Counted from the first letter of the stretch, positions 44,175 to 60,851 are shown. The stretch is DNA of 64,000 nt from Blastocystis sp. Blastoise (GCA_039096225.1 JBBPEB010000030.1:806001-870000); one strand, 5' to 3'. Numbers and translations: made by a program. Notes: a model not told the origin generated them from the letters alone.

Positions 44175-47171
44175 ATGATGAGGCGGTTTGCAGTCCGCCC
44201 ACGTCCTCTTCAACCTCAGAAGAAGGTACAAGTGTTTCATCTGCAAAATCCTGCTATACTTGTTGATAGTAATGGAGAACAAGTAATGATGAGTACTTAT
44301 GAAGATGAAGGAGTCGTATATATACATATAAATATCTATATTTTTATACTATTATTTATTTTCATTCATATTCTGACTTGTATTAAGAATTCTATATGTT
44401 TTTTTTTTCTGTTTTTTTTTTATCCTCTTTTTGTGTTTTTTTTTAATTTAAATTTTTTTTTGTGGAGAATTTGTTATTTGTTTTTTATTCTTTATAACCT
44501 ATAAAAAAATGTATTTATATATTATTAATTGATAATGACAGTTCATTGAAATATATATATATATTGTTGTTATATGAAACAATTAGCATGTTTTCTTTTT
44601 TTTTAGAAATTTTTGATTCAAAATAATCATTTTATTTATATAGGATTATTCTACTACGCATCCTGATATATCTCGAAAGACTATTTCTATTCCTACTCCT
44701 ACAATCATCACTGATCCTCATTATGATTCACAAGAATATACTCGTGCTGTTCAACCTCGAGCTTATATAAAATATATACCTTTGAGTCATGAAGCTGAAT
44801 ATAATCAAATTGAGTATAATTTGGATGAAGCAGATGAAGTATATATAGTTTTTTTTTTCATTTATTTTTTAAATATAATTATTATATTTATTATATAGGA
44901 ATGGTTAAGAAATAATCCTGATTTTGGTGATAACGCAAGTGAATCTTCTCAAATTTCTTTAGAAATCTTTGAGAAAATGATTGATGTTATTGACAAACAG
45001 GCAGGTGTAATTAATGATATTTCAATTGTATGTTTTATATTTGTATTAATAGGTATTTTTAAAATTATATATGTTATATAAATATGTATATATAGGATAC
45101 TGTTGAACGATTATTTGTTGAAAAACTTCAATTTCATCGTGATGATTCTTTGACAATAGCTGAGAAAGTTCATGATTATTGGTTAGCAAAACGAAAGAAG
45201 TTAGGGAAGCCGTTATTACGTCGTTATTGGCCTGTAACGTCCATAACGGATTCAAATCCTCATCTTGTTTTTCGACCTCGAGAACGAGTAATTCTAGATT
45301 TTATATCTTATATATTATATTTATTTTTTAATTATTATATATTTTTAATTATTATATATTATATATATATATTTTTAATTATTATATATTATATATATAT
45401 TTTATATATATTTTTAATTATTATATTATATATATTTTTAATTATTATATATTATATATTTATTTTTTATATATCTATTTATTATTTAATTAATTTATAG
45501 CCTGAGAAATATCGTTTCCGTAAGCATCGTAAATATGAAGGTGAAATTCATGAGAAATTAAATAGTTTGCTTTCTATTTTAGAGAATAGTATTGGATTAT
45601 GTAATGAAATTAAACTTCGAGAAAACTTGAAATTTAAAAAAATAGTATTATTGAATGAAATCTTTGAACAATATATATATGATCTTGACCATCCTGATGG
45701 TCCTGAACGATCCATCACTGTATATATATATATATATTATTATATATATTTATTATTATTATTATTATACTTATTATTATATTCATAATTAGAATTACTA
45801 ATATTTTTATCATTAATATTTTGTTTTATAAATAATAAATAAACCTTATTATATATATATATACTATTGATGACTATTCTATATATATTCTATACATATT
45901 CTATTGTATAGATCAGTGAGCCATTGCCCTATCAGAAGATGTTTACACGATTAGTGTCTCTCTCTGCTTCTCTTCCTGTGACTCTCAGCACACTATCTCT
46001 ATCCTCATTAAATCCTTCTATGTCCTCTACTCCTTTCTCTTCTTCTACGAGTACTATGAACAAGAAAATGACATTTATTCGAAATCAAAATACATTATCT
46101 GAGTATGTTCTGTAGATCTTATAAAATCTTTATTTCTCATATAATTATATTTTTTATATAATCATTTTTTATATAATCATTATTTCTTATATAATAATTA
46201 ATTCAAATATAATTATTATTTCTTAATTAATAATTAATTCATATATAATAATTAATATATATATAATTATATTTTCTTTTCATTATAGAGCGTCAATACC
46301 TGTGTCTCCCTTAGTAACACCTGAGACATTATTCTATAAATATTCTCGTAGTTTACAGCAAGCTAATGGCTATTATAGTCTTGAAAAAGGATTAGAACCT
46401 CATCCTGTACCTACTCTCGCTGTAAAGACGCCAAATACCGACTATAGTACATTAGGATGGCTCACACCCAATGAATCTCCTTCAGCCTATACATCAATTC
46501 CCGCGGAAAAATACAGATCATCAAGAATTGATCCAGATACCGTAGATCTCTCAAAAATACAAATGTATGTAGAAAATAATTATAATTATAATACATATTA
46601 TTAGTATTAGTATTTCTTTTCTTCATTCTTATTTATATTCTTCATATACATATATTCTTTTCTATATATATCATGTATATTCTATTCTTCTTTCTATCCT
46701 CTATATATGACTATATATATATATATATATATATATAGTCGTGGTCGTATTGGTCGTGGAAATCGTATTATTATCGATCGATTGCCTCAACAAAAACGTT
46801 TCTTCGAGTATCCTAAAACTACCTATAGTTCAAATATACCTCTTACTCCTGTGGATCTATCCTTTAAAGAGAATCATATCTCTCAAGGAAATCGAAACTT
46901 ATCGGAATCTACATTAATAACTCCTTCTTTCTATCCTCCTTCTTCATCTTCTTCTTCTCTATTACCTATTAGTAACTATGTATCTAAACGCAAACAATAT
47001 GATCTCAATACACTCATTCCTTCATTAAATTCAAGTAATACTATTCCTATTCATTTAACAGATATATATACTAGTTCTCAAGGATCTGAAGGAAGTGTTT
47101 CTGTCGATAGTTGTCAAAAACTACTTATTAACAGAAACTCAACATCAGATTCTCTTCAATTTGTATTATAA
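44175..47171 (+). CDS. EPL1: Enhancer of polycomb homolog (NuA4 subunit Epl1/EPC)
   Basis: RPRPL, IPTP, EYNLDEADEEWL, FEKMIDVIDK, VHDYWLAKRKKLGKPLLR, NPHLVFRPRE, IKLRENLK and the EPC-B motif RGRIGRGNRIIIDR. Confidence 0.9.
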
Positions 47172-47739
47172 TATATATATATATATTCTATTTTTGATAA
47201 CTATTTCATTTTTCATATTCTTTTCAATTTGTTATAAATAACTACAAACAATAAACCATTTTTATTATATTATATGTATTTATATTGTATTCTTCTTTTT
47301 ATTAAATAATATTTATGTACTATATACAAATAGTTTCTATATTTTATAATTTTAGGATTTCTAGATTTTTCATTTTTTTTTTTCATTTTTAAACATATGT
47401 TTATTTGCCTTATCGCTTCTTGGTTTTATGCTCTATTTTTTTATTTTTAATTTTTTAAACAAATTTTCTATTTTTATTTTAATTTTTAATTTTATTATTA
47501 TTTATAAAATGTTATAAGCCTAAAATTTTTATGTAGTTTTCTTTATTTACTTGTCATGTTCTATTAGTTTCAATTTTGTTGTGAAAAAATGTGATTTTCC
47601 ATTAGTTTTGTTTTTCTTCACAAGTCATACGTTACATGTACCATAAATTATTTATTTTCATCAAACATTCAAATACAACATATATTAAATAATCTTTTTT
47701 ATATTATTATAATTTTTTTTCACTCAATTTCACAGAAAA

Positions 47740-50699
47740 ATGGGCTTATTAACCGAAGAAAGTCTTGATGATGAAGAGAATGGAATACAATTCATAGATA
47801 TAAATGAATTATATCCAGATGTGATCACAAGAAATGTTGATGTTGAAGAGTTGGTACAAATATTAATAACTGCATCAAAAACAGAGGTAAAACGCTGCTC
47901 TGAAGACTATTCAATGATTCTAATACAAATTCTAAACTTTTTACATCAGAGTATATCATTTTATATAATTTATTATGCTTATTCTTATTGATTCTAAATA
48001 AATCAAACGATTTATAGACCGTATGGATTATGAGATTTCTCAAATACTTGAGCCTTATATGGAATTGCTAAATAAGTCATTGATATCTATGAAATGGAAG
48101 CAACAAGTTCTAACAATAGAAATTATGGCATTAATGGCATGGAAATACGAATTGAAGAAGGTTATGAATTCATTTTATTTTGATCGTTTTCAATTATATA
48201 TGAATAACTGGATTCTAGAAGGTAGATATGAATTATTACATAATATTATATTATATTATTCAATGCAATTAATATATGAAACAAGTGAAAACCATACAAA
48301 AACTAATGTATATATATATTTTTTTAATAGTTTTAACAATAATTATTTTTTTAATAGTCTATATTAAATATTTTGGTAAATTGTTATATTATTGTTCCTC
48401 TAATCCAAGATGATGCTGATAAAATATATTTCAATGATTTTTTATATCAATATAGTATATATATTATTATTATTATTATTTAGTATATTTATAGATACAT
48501 ATTATTATTATTATTATTTAGTATATTTATAGATACATATTATTATTATTATTATTTAGTATATTTATAGATACATATTATTATGATTCAATATACTTAT
48601 AGATAATTATGTTTCCTCTTCATTTATGTTTCCATCTCTGAATACATCACTTCCTGAAGCTTCAAACTATCGAACAATTCTTTTACATAATTATGTATAT
48701 ATTCTATAGTTTAATAAATATCTATAGATCACTTATATCTATATATATATAAATATATATATAGTTTTGTTCAAATAGTCATTTATATGACATTGTTTCT
48801 GCATCATATACAGCATCATTCTTTATATCTTTAGCATCTCTATATATACATATATGCTATACATCTATTCAAGAACATAATCCACATTGCGGATGTATTT
48901 ATAAACAACAAAATAAAAGAGATTTAATCTATTTTGTATATATATTATAATATATATATTTTTATTATTAAATTATTGTCAACAATAATTATAGATCTTT
49001 TTCATAATATGCTTCTATTATTTACTCCAAAAATATTTCCTTTAAATATATATTTGTTAACATTACATATATATATAACTATAAATATATTTTTAGATAT
49101 ATGAGTTTTTATACAATTATGGCAGGCATCAAGAATATTCTTTTGATATTATTTTCAATTTATTAGATAAAGTAATAAATTATTCATTATTATTATTTAC
49201 TAATATTACTTATTCTCACTAATAATAGTATTCTATATTCTATATAGAACCAAACAACTATATATGAACATATATATCTTTGTTTTCTCCTATATATATA
49301 TAAAGGTGTGATTGATACACAATATGAATGTATGTCATATATTTATATATATACTAGTTACTTATTCTATACTAGTAAATGATGATGAAAATAATACAAA
49401 AATTATAAAATTATTCAAATACATTCTTTCTAAATATATAGAAAAGGTATATATATATATATATATTTTTTTTTTATTCAATAACAATATTTTTTCATTA
49501 TTTTCTTTTTGTTAAAACTAGTTTTTCAATTTTTTTTTTTCAAATTATAGTATTTCTATATAATATATTATATATAAATAGTTTCATTTATATTATTCCA
49601 AAGACAATTCATCTTCTTCTCTTTCATCTTTTGAATATGCTACTTTACATATATATATATCCATTTTATACTCCCTCCTCTCCTATCGAAATGCAGCTTT
49701 CATGAATCGAACATGTATATATTATATATATTATGTGATTTATAATATAATATATTATTTATAATATATAATATATAATATATAATATATTATATATTAT
49801 ATATTATATACTATTAATACTTCTAGTAATGACTCAGCTTTACTTATATATGTCACCTTTCCTTGTTTCTTCTATGATATCTATTATTCCAAGTCCATTC
49901 AATACATATATACATGAGGATTCTTCTAATTGGATATCTATTCCTTCATCTTCTACTGTAGATTTATGTACGAATAGCGTTTCTCATCTTAATACTTTAT
50001 GTGTATATATTCATCATTAAAAATCTTATTTCTTATCTATTTGTTATCAATAAAAAATATTAATTTATAATAAATATTTGATTATAAATCTATAGCATAT
50101 TACTAGTGATTCTTCTTTGTGTGAATATCTATATAATGATATTATTCTATATATAAAGCCCTATTTAGTAGATGATTCTGATTATTCTATATATATACCT
50201 CTTCTTCTATTAATGAACACTATTCCTATTCATCATAATACTCTATATCTAAGTATGCATACATAACTATATATACATTCGATAATATTATAATATTATA
50301 ATTTTATAATATATATATATATATATATAATGTATATAGAACAAGTATTATCAATAATAACATTTATATTTCAAAATCAATATTATAATATATATTATAA
50401 ACAGTTTATGAACATAACAACTAGTTGTTTATCTCTCTATTTCTCTTCTGTTACTAGTCCTTCTTCACTAACGATGGATATCTTTATGACCTTCTATAAT
50501 CCATTATATATTGAACAAAATACATCAGTTCTACAAGGATTATATTCTATAATAACAATTATTATTCCTCATTTTACATGTATATTTACTAAAAATAATC
50601 TTATATATATTAATATAGATGAAGATTCAATAAAATCTTTTGATACACTTTTTTCACTATATACAACTCTCTCAAATAAAAGACTGGCAGAGTATATAT

Positions 50700-50739
<40 letters not shown>

Positions 50740-51368
50740 TTATATATTATATAGTATTTATTTTTATTTAATTAATTAATTAATGTTAATAATAATAATA
50801 ATAATATCTAGGCATATGTCCTTATTTATTCATTTACTGGGTCTTTATCCCTTGAATATTACTCTCTCTCATTATTCAAAAATATTATTTATTCTTAATT
50901 CTATATATAAACGAATTGATTCAATTCCTATAGCGTTACAAATACTATCATTTCTAGTATATAATTGTATATCTAGAACTAAAGAATTTATTCAAGAAAT
51001 ACTCACAATTTCTATCTCATTGTATATATATATCTATATAGACTCTATTATTTCATTAAAACATTTATATGCTATTCATTTTTTATAAACATATATATAT
51101 ATATATATCATTTATATATAGGTACATAGCTATAAATGATGATGAAGATGATAATTATAATTCATGGAAGAATGAACGAGAAAAAATGATTGATTTATTC
51201 ATATTATTGTTTGAACAGTTTCCTCATTCTGTCTCTTCTATTCTTTCTATTCTATCTAATGAATTTCCAATTCTCCATAAACTATCTATTACTATTCATG
51301 ATAAAGTCTCATTACATGCAAAAAACGATAATTGCGAACATTGTCAAAAACTAATGTTACAAAAATAA
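47740..51368 (+). CDS. Multi-exon helical-repeat (HEAT/ARM-like) protein, possibly TTI2-like
   Basis: About 14 exons with GT-AG junctions. The C-terminal HYSKILFIL...ALQILSFLVYNCISRTKEFIQEIL resembles the TTI2 HLxxLxxxI...ALxxLxxLxxxCWPRI motif; the family call is weak. Confidence 0.4.
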
Positions 51369-52195
51369 ATATTTTCAAGGCTTTAGCTAAATAATCTGTT
51401 AAGGATAATTAGTTGCACATTTAAATACTATAATAATTTGTTATACTATTTTGATACTACTAAAAAAATAAATAACACTTTTTTCGATCTCTCCACTATT
51501 ATCACGTTCTATAATATGTGTATGACCTCTAGTACATTATTCTTTACATATATCTCTCTTTTAATCAGCTCAAAAAGGGTTTTTTTCTTTCAATGAATTA
51601 TGAAAAACTCATGCTATCAATATGAGTGATCCATTTTATTGGCTTATTATCCGGTTCATCCAATATAATTAGTCAATTTTATATGGTATATCTTGTTCAC
51701 CAATCATCTCAAACAAACAAAAAACGTTATAAATAAACGTCTTTTATACTTCTTCTCGTTTATTTATTCTATATTAATAATCCCAAACTTTTTCTTTTAA
51801 AAACCAAAAGAATGTCAGTCAAAGTATTGTATTCATAATTAAATACTGTTTATTAATAAATAAAAAAAAAAACGTATACAAAAATAATGTCTATTTGTGT
51901 TTCTATTAACAAATTTTTTTGATCATAAGGATTTTTTTGAAAGCATAAAGAGACATGAATCACGGGAAGATCTTGAAGAAACCCGAGATAATTCATACTC
52001 AGCATAGTATTATATAAAAACTTGAGAGTCAGCATAGTGAAAAACATAGACGACTGTCCCACGGGGTTAATAACAATTCGGCAATGTTTTTATAATACAA
52101 AAATCAAATAAAATAATCATTGTTCTTTTTCAACAATTAAAGAGGCAAAATTGAATTCTTAATTATTTTGCTTGTATTATTAAATATATACAAAA

Positions 52196-55100
52196 ATGTC
52201 AGACTTTGACCTAGACAAGATCATAGATGACATAAAAACAGAAGATTTAGAGCAGTACAAGGCTCACATCCCGGAAATGCTGACAGTATGTTTTAAAAAT
52301 GGTTTTATCGATTCTTTAGAGACATAAACAAAGCAACATAACAATAAATCAATTAACAAAAGCAACAGCTAATAGATTTTCGAAAAAGCAAGCAATGAAT
52401 GTCGAGTCACTTATAAAAGAAAATGATTTTAATGGTTTCTTTACAAAAAGCATGGCATATCCATTTATAATTGGAAGAAACATCGGTCTTTATAAGAGGT
52501 TCAACATTTGTCAGACATTCAATTCAAGACCAGAAGTGGAATCATTCATTAGACTCTGGTCCCATGTAAACGGTTACTCATTACTTATAGAAAGAAGTAA
52601 CAAAACAACGATACGTTTTATTTGTCCGATCATGGAATGTAATTTCGTTGTCCAGTACACTTATCATGATGGTTCTTTCAACATTACCCATTTTCACAAT
52701 CACGATACAGATGTATATATATATATATTTAAACATTTTTTTTTATTTAATACTTAATCATTTACTTGTCATTTACTTTTTATTCTTTTATTAAAGTTAT
52801 AATACATTATTTTTTATCATTACGAATGTATTCTGATATAGAAGTGCTCAAAAATTATAACAAATTATATTGAAATTTTGAATGGAAATAGAATTAGAAA
52901 ATCCGTGTATAATTATTTTTGGAAATTGCTCCAGTCAGAAAATACAAACATTATAGTATCTAATGATAGTCCAAAAGATACTATGAATTTTAATGATACT
53001 AGAGAGATTACTTCATCTTCTGATTATAAAGGTATAATTTCAAATTTAAATAAAAATATTAATTCCTCTAATATATTACTAATGAATAGCGAACAAAATA
53101 TTTATGAAGAAGATATTTTAGAAGAAAAATTTACTCCAGAAGAAGAAAGAATAATTAATTCTTTGAATGATAATGAAGCAAACAAAGTATTCATATCTTC
53201 ATTTATTGATGATACTATGGAACGAATGAGAAAACAATACGAACCTTCAGTGAAGAATAATGAAATATATAATTTATATATGGATTATGATAATAGTGAT
53301 AATGAAGATACTATGAATGATAATACTTACATGAATATGAGTACTAATGATTATATTCCTGCTAATAATGATTATACTAATAATAATAATGATACTAACA
53401 ATAATTATACTAATAATGATTATACTAATAATAATGATTATACTAATAATAATAATGATACTTCTAATACTAATAATTGTTATAATTCTATTACTAATAA
53501 CGACGATACTAATAATAATACTTTGAATACTACTAATAATGATGCTTCTAATACTAATAATGGTTATACTTCTAATACTAATAATGGTTATAATTCTATT
53601 ACTACTAATAATTCTGTTACTAATAATAATACTTTGAATACTAATAATACTAATAATGGTTATAATTCTATTACTAATAATAATACTTTGAATACTACTA
53701 ATAATGATACTTCTAATACTAATAATGATACTTCTAATACTAATAATGGTTATAATTCCATTACTAATAATAATAATGATACTTCTAACACTAATACTAA
53801 TAATAATCTTGTGAATACAATTTCCAACGATGATATTATGAATAATGATACTATAGGTACACTAAATAATATAAAAGGTATATTAATACTATTACTAGTA
53901 ATATAATTATATATATATACATATATAGGTTTTAATGATGATGAAAATCAATTATTAGCTAACGCATTAAATAAACGATCTTTAAATGATGTAGATAATT
54001 CAATTAGAACGGTTTCATTTGAAGATTTTCAGAAGTTAATTAATAATCTAAAAGATAGTGTAAACATTGCATATGTTGATAAAAGTACCAAGAACATCTT
54101 TAAGGATCCTCTTAATTCTACTTTTGTATCTTGCTATCTTGAATGTCACAAAAAGTACAGATCTATGACTATAAAAGATACGATAAATGATATTAAGCTT
54201 CTATTTCCTAATCTAAACTATAATCAAATATATTACTCTGTCACTTCCTTCTTTACTGCAAATGATAATTCTTATAGTTTTATCCCTCAAATAATTGAGG
54301 GTATTAACAATATAAATACTTATAATCAAGCATTTTATCAATTATATGATGGAAAGAAAGTAGATAATAAGAAAGCATTTCAAACTATCCAATTTGTTAA
54401 TACTGAAATCGAAGATGATTCTATTAATAACAAACTTCTGTGCTGCGCCACTATGTTAGCTGAAAATATAAAGCTATTAAAGTATTCTCCACCAGTGATT
54501 TTCCTCGACGGCACTTTTATGGGATTGGGTTCAACTGTAACACTAGTTATTACTGGTATATATATATCATCTTATCAATTCTATTATTTTTTATAATATA
54601 TTTTTTATGTAATATATATAAATTATTTATTATATTGTCAATTATATTATATTGTCTATTATATTATCTTCAATTATGTAACATATTACTATTTATATTG
54701 TTTATTATATTATATCTCATATTATCAGTTATATTAATAATTTTTCTACCTATTATCTTTTCTATTATCATTTGTATTGATTATAATTTATTTATGTTTA
54801 TGTTATCATTTGTATTCTATATTATATATTGTATATTATCTTTTCTATTATTTTTTAAAATATACATCATATAGTCTCTTTTTATTAAGTACTAGCTGTT
54901 GAATTATTTATTTCCATTTATACTATCTATTATACTTTTTCTATGATATATATTCTTCTATATCTTCTTTGAAGTCATCTATTGTAATAAATGTTATACA
55001 CTATTTTATATATTATCCTTTATATTATATAATATATCATAGTATCTATTATATATTATATATTCTATTATATATTATATATTATGCATTCTATTATTTA

Positions 55101-57269
55101 TTATATATTCTATTATATATTATATATTCTATTATATATTATATATTATATTATATATTATATTATCATATCCATTATATTGTTAGTTATTATATGTTTT
55201 TATAGCAGTAAATGTGAACCATGAAAGTATGTGCTTAGGTTTTGGTTTTTACCCTAGTGAAAGCGAGGAAGCTTGGATTTCAATTTTAACCCCCCTAAAG
55301 AAATTATTAAATACCTTTTATCCAAGAATTGATTTTACTTTCATGTCAGACCAAGCAAAGGGCATTAAAAGTGCTGTGAAGAATGTTTTCCCTGATAGTG
55401 CACATATCTTGTGCTTCTTCCATCTTCTTCAGGATTATTTAGCTATAGATCCTCAAACCAAAAGATACATTATAGATTGCTACAAATCAGATACTTTCTT
55501 CGAAGCTCAAGAAGTATCACAAAAAATAACAAATATTGAAATTAGAAATAAGATTATGGATGTTTGGCAGAACAATGAGAAGAGTCAAAGTCAGTACAAA
55601 AACATATGTAGATGGTATATATCATCTAGTGTAGCAGAAAGCTACAACAGAATTTTGAAGAAATACCGTAATCTTCCCCTTCATATTATGTTCATTTCAA
55701 TTTATAATTATGGTCTCAATAAGCAAATAGCCATTATGCAGAACATTCCAAAAGATAAACTATTATTACCTTACTTCGAAAAAATATATACAAAAATATG
55801 TCAAGAGAAATACCATATAACCGATATAAACAAAGGAATTAGTGCATATATTAACGACGGTGTAGAATATGAAGTGGATTTATCACTTATGAAGTGCTCC
55901 TGCAAAGAATTTCAGAATAAGAATACACCATGTAAGCATGCCATTATTTTAATAAAACACTTGTTAAACACCAAAACAATTGATGATAAGATCCTTCCTC
56001 CAATATTGAAGAGTATAAATAACAATTTATATATCTCTCAATATGCAAATTATAAGCCAAAGTATATATTATTTATTGCTATAAATATTAGAATTATTTC
56101 ATTATTATATTATATTTTTAATTCTTATCCTTATTGTATTCATCATATAAACTATTTATTACATGTAATAATATAATTTTTAAATAAATACTTTTATTGA
56201 TACTTATTGTTCATCATATATACTATTTATTACATGTAATAATATAATTTTTAAATAAATACTTTTATTAATACTTATAGTATACATCATGATTTATATT
56301 TATAATGATGTTATATTTAACTTTTCTTATAGTTTATTATATTAATATATAAATATTAGTTTACATTTTATAAAGCTTTTTTTTTTCTGTATATTTTAAT
56401 ATAATATTTATTTAATACTCTGGATAAGATATATTACTATTTTATTTTTTAAGATAAAAGAATATTGATTTTATATTCTATATTATATATATATAGTTGT
56501 TTTATTATTTTTTTAATATGTATAATACACATTCTTTATAGTAAATTTTTAATGATTTTTTAATATAATATGCATATTGACATATGTATTATATATGTTA
56601 TTTATTATAAAAAAATTTCTGTAAATTTATTTCCTATATGATTCTAATTTATAATTTGTTTTTATATATCTATTTAGAAATATAATTTCTCATTATATAT
56701 ACTTATTTGTTTATAGAAAACTAATCTTATTAAATAAATTATAAGTTATTTATTTTTATTGTGAATAGAATCATATATGTATTATTATTCAAATATTCTT
56801 TAATTATATTTTTATAATCATATATATATATATATATATATATAATCCCATTATTTATTCATTATATTTGCAATCAATTAATAATACTATTATTCCATTT
56901 TATATTCATTTCACAATATTTTCTATATATATTATTATCGTAGTTTATTTTTAATCTATACATATATAATATATATCATATGGATTAGTTATATTAATAT
57001 CTATATACATAGTAATAAGAATATATTGTATAACATCATTTTATAATATCTATATCCATAGGTTACTTGATCAATCTGTTCTGGAATCTAATCCACATGT
57101 AAAAATCCTAAAACCATCGTATGCTCTACAATCAAGAGGGAAACCACAAGTGAACAGAATGAAACGAAAAAGTGAAGAAAGCATGACCAAAAGAAAAAGA
57201 AAGGTACCTTATGTTAAAAGAGCAGTTCCATATGAAGATCAGATTGGAATTCACGACTTTAAGTTTTAA
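52196..57269 (+). mobile_element. Mutator/MULE transposase gene, 6 exons, continuous ORF
   Basis: WRKY/GCM1-like CPIMECNF...HFHNH; DDE residues in FLDGT, MSDQAKG and VAESYN; CFFH; SWIM finger CSCKEFQNKNTPCKH; basic C-terminus. All five GT-AG junctions are in frame from ATG 52196 to TAA 57267-57269. No TIRs found. Confidence 0.9.
53340..53845 (+). repeat. Coding Asn/Thr minisatellite inside the transposase
   Basis: Repeated NTNNGYNSITNNN and NNDTSNT units in ORF 52878..53906. Confidence 0.85.
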
Positions 57270-60200
57270 TATATATATATATATATATATAGAATTCTAT
57301 ATATATATACTCTTATTATATAAAGTTATTTATCTGCATTCTATTCTCTTGTTACTATATATATATTAGCTATTGATCTATATTTATACATGTTCATATA
57401 CTTATCTATTTCATATTATCATATATCAGTATATATATTTCTACATATTAGCTAACTTCTACTCTCTATTATCTATATATATATATATATATATATTATC
57501 TATTTTTATATGACTATAAAATATATATATCGTCTATACTATATATAGATTTGTTTATATACTATTTATACATTTATCTATTTTCTATCATTTTCTCTGT
57601 AAACATATATATTATTCATTTATCTATATATTCTTTAAATATATATATATTTATCTATTTTCATATTATATATGTTATCTATTGATTTATATCTGTTTTC
57701 TATATATATATATTTTTATATATTTATATATATCTATTCTCATATTATATATATATTATTCATACATTTATACATACATACTATTTGTATAGCATCTTAT
57801 TTCATATTACTATATATATACTTTTTCTATCTATATATTATCTATATATTTATCTATTTTCTATCACTTGATATATATATATATATATATATTATAGATT
57901 ACCTATTTATCAGTATATATATTATCAATCTTTTTTATCTATATATTTTGCATATATCATCTATATATTATCTATATATTATCTGTATATTAAATATTAA
58001 TATGTTATCAATCTATTTATTATCTATATATTATCAATCTATTTATTATCTATATATTATCAATCTATTTATTATCTATATATTATCAATCTATATATTA
58101 TCTATATATTATCGATCTATTTTTTTTCTTTATATGTCATATATTTGCATATTCTCTTATTTTTTGTATTTTGTTTAATTTTCAATTCTTATTTACACAG
58201 CATACTTCATTATATGTATACCCCCATTTTGATCAACATTACTGAAAAATGTTCTTGATACAACATATAAAGTCATTGGAATCTGTTTTCATATACTGAT
58301 TATTCTTAATTCATATTGTATTCGTATTCAAACAAGAATTCTCTATCAGATGGTAAATAACTTCGAGCATTTGTAATTATGGTTCAAGTACAGATTCTTA
58401 AAAATTTAATCTATTTCACATTAGTAATAATCTAGATAATACGATTTTCCATTCATTAACACAATGAGATTCATTTAAACTATGAGTGAATACAACTAAA
58501 TCAACTGATTCAAAAAAAAACTATATATTTTAGAGTCATTGAATAAATAGAACCAAAAGCATAGCATGCTGAAGTGCTTGATAAACTCTTAAGATACTTT
58601 AAAGGCTTACAATCAGACATCATTTCCATCAAGAATCACTTTTTTAATCAAAACAACTATCCATACAGAAACATACCACATGTAGCAAAATAACAGATTC
58701 AATAAAAAAAAATAGTAGCTTTTGAACCAACTTTGTAGATTGGTAATGCATTCATATTCAAGAAAAGCTTTTCTATATATAAATAATTAATTAAAATAGA
58801 AGTGGCTAAATGTTCTATAACAATTGAACAAGTTATTATCATGTTTTAAGAATATATTTAAAAAATAAAATATTAAAATAACATAAAAATTACATGATAT
58901 TATAATAGCTATAACAAATAGAGTATGATAATAGTGTATACTAAATTAATTGAGATAGATCGGAAAATGAATTGAACTGTAACATAATAATAACTCCCTA
59001 AAAAGTGATTGTTTGCCTTTGAATTCATTGTTCGATTCAATCCAACAGTTCAATTGACTATATAAAAATATTAAAAAAATGAATTAGATAACATGAAAGG
59101 TTTTATTATCAATAAAGCCTCAATTTGAATACTACTACTAATAATAAAGCAGAAAATGCTATAATCCATTCAATATAAAATAATAATTAAAAAAAAAAAA
59201 GAAAAATAAAGAATAAAAAATAATTTACTAAGCTTATTACTTATTAAATCTCATATTTTGAGATAAAATTAAAAAAAATATTTATTTGCATTATTTGATA
59301 GTGTACTATTGTTTATTGAAACACAAGGACATAGAATATAAGCGATTAACGTCATTTAGACATCATTAATTTTCTCAAAAGCATTTATTGCTCCTTTTGA
59401 CACTAAAAAATGAAAAGGAATACACGAAAAATACAAAATTTGCATTCAATAATTGAAATTAAACTATTCACGAAGAATCATTTTTTCCATCTGACCTTTT
59501 ATAATAAAAAATTGAATTATCCCTGTTGTGTACAAGTTATAGAATACATTAAAATAAACTAAAAGAGTTTTTTTATGCTACACAAATTATCAAAATAGTC
59601 ATTAGTTTATTATTAAATATGATAAATATATTTCTATTAATATAATATACGATAAGAATTATTTATTATATAAAAAAATCTAATTTTGTGTCACAATCAT
59701 CCCATTATGTTTTTAAAGAAAGCTATCAGAAGTGTATAAATATTAAAAATTCGTTTCTAACTTACAATGGTGGATAATTTATATGTTTAGAGGCATATAA
59801 AAAAGAAGTAGAAATCATTGATTACTAAATAATATATTAGTTGTACTATTTAACATTATAGTATTATTTAAATGAATAAAATCACTATCAAATCGTTCAA
59901 TTCAGCTTATATGAATAACATCATGAAAAAAAAATTTAATCTTTTTTGAAGCAACTCAGCAATTTTTCAGCAATATTTTATATTGACTAGATAATATCAA
60001 ATTGATTTATTCTTGATAAATAATTAGTTGAAATTAGTCATAGCATGGATGGTTTACATGGTAGTGGTGAAACTGCCAAGAATATTATGGCCCATTGCAT
60101 TTTTCAAATTATGTTTCTTTTAGATCCTTGTTAAATACTACTATATATAAAATAATAATGGATCAGGGATTACTTGGACTTTTAAAAGTATGTAATTTAT

Positions 60201-60775
60201 ATATTTTCTTTGTGCATTATCATAATATTTTTATAATATATAAATTTCATGAGATATACTTGAATTCTTGTTGTATTTCTTTCAATTTATTATATTTATA
60301 GTTCTATTATAGTTTTCTTTATAGGATTGGAGATTAGTCTTTGTTGATTGTCAAACATTTTAAGTAAGTCTTTAATTATTATGAATTATTTCTTTGTTTT
60401 TCTCCATATTATATATAATACTTTATGAATTTGTCATATTATATAGACATTGTGTACCTAATTATAGATGTGTAGATGGATTTGCTATATAGATGCTATG
60501 ACTCCTTAACTGCTATTTTTTAGCATTATTATATTATTAATATCTGCAAGTGAGTTATTATTTTTCAATCAGAAAAAGTAATCTTTCTAGATAGTATATG
60601 TATATATATTAATTTATTTATTGTATTAAATATATTATTCTGCTTATGACTAACTTATTGTATTTATTATTATGAATATATTTATTTTTATATAGGTCTA
60701 TAAATGTTATACAAAGTGGTACTTTTGCCTGTTTTATTGTTTCAGCTCAATATCAATAAACAAATTTACATCAGA

Positions 60776-60851
<76 letters not shown>

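Noticed and set aside
48455-48585. Intronic tandem duplications (three ~38-bp units here; also ~56130-56280 and 12-mers at ~3260-3340)
   Set aside because: Local slippage duplications in AT-rich introns with no sign of function.
57270-60100. ORF 57672..58178 and a possible right TIR of the MULE
   Set aside because: The ORF is I/Y/L low-complexity from TATC/TA repeats, and no convincing inverted match to 51370-52190 was found by eye.
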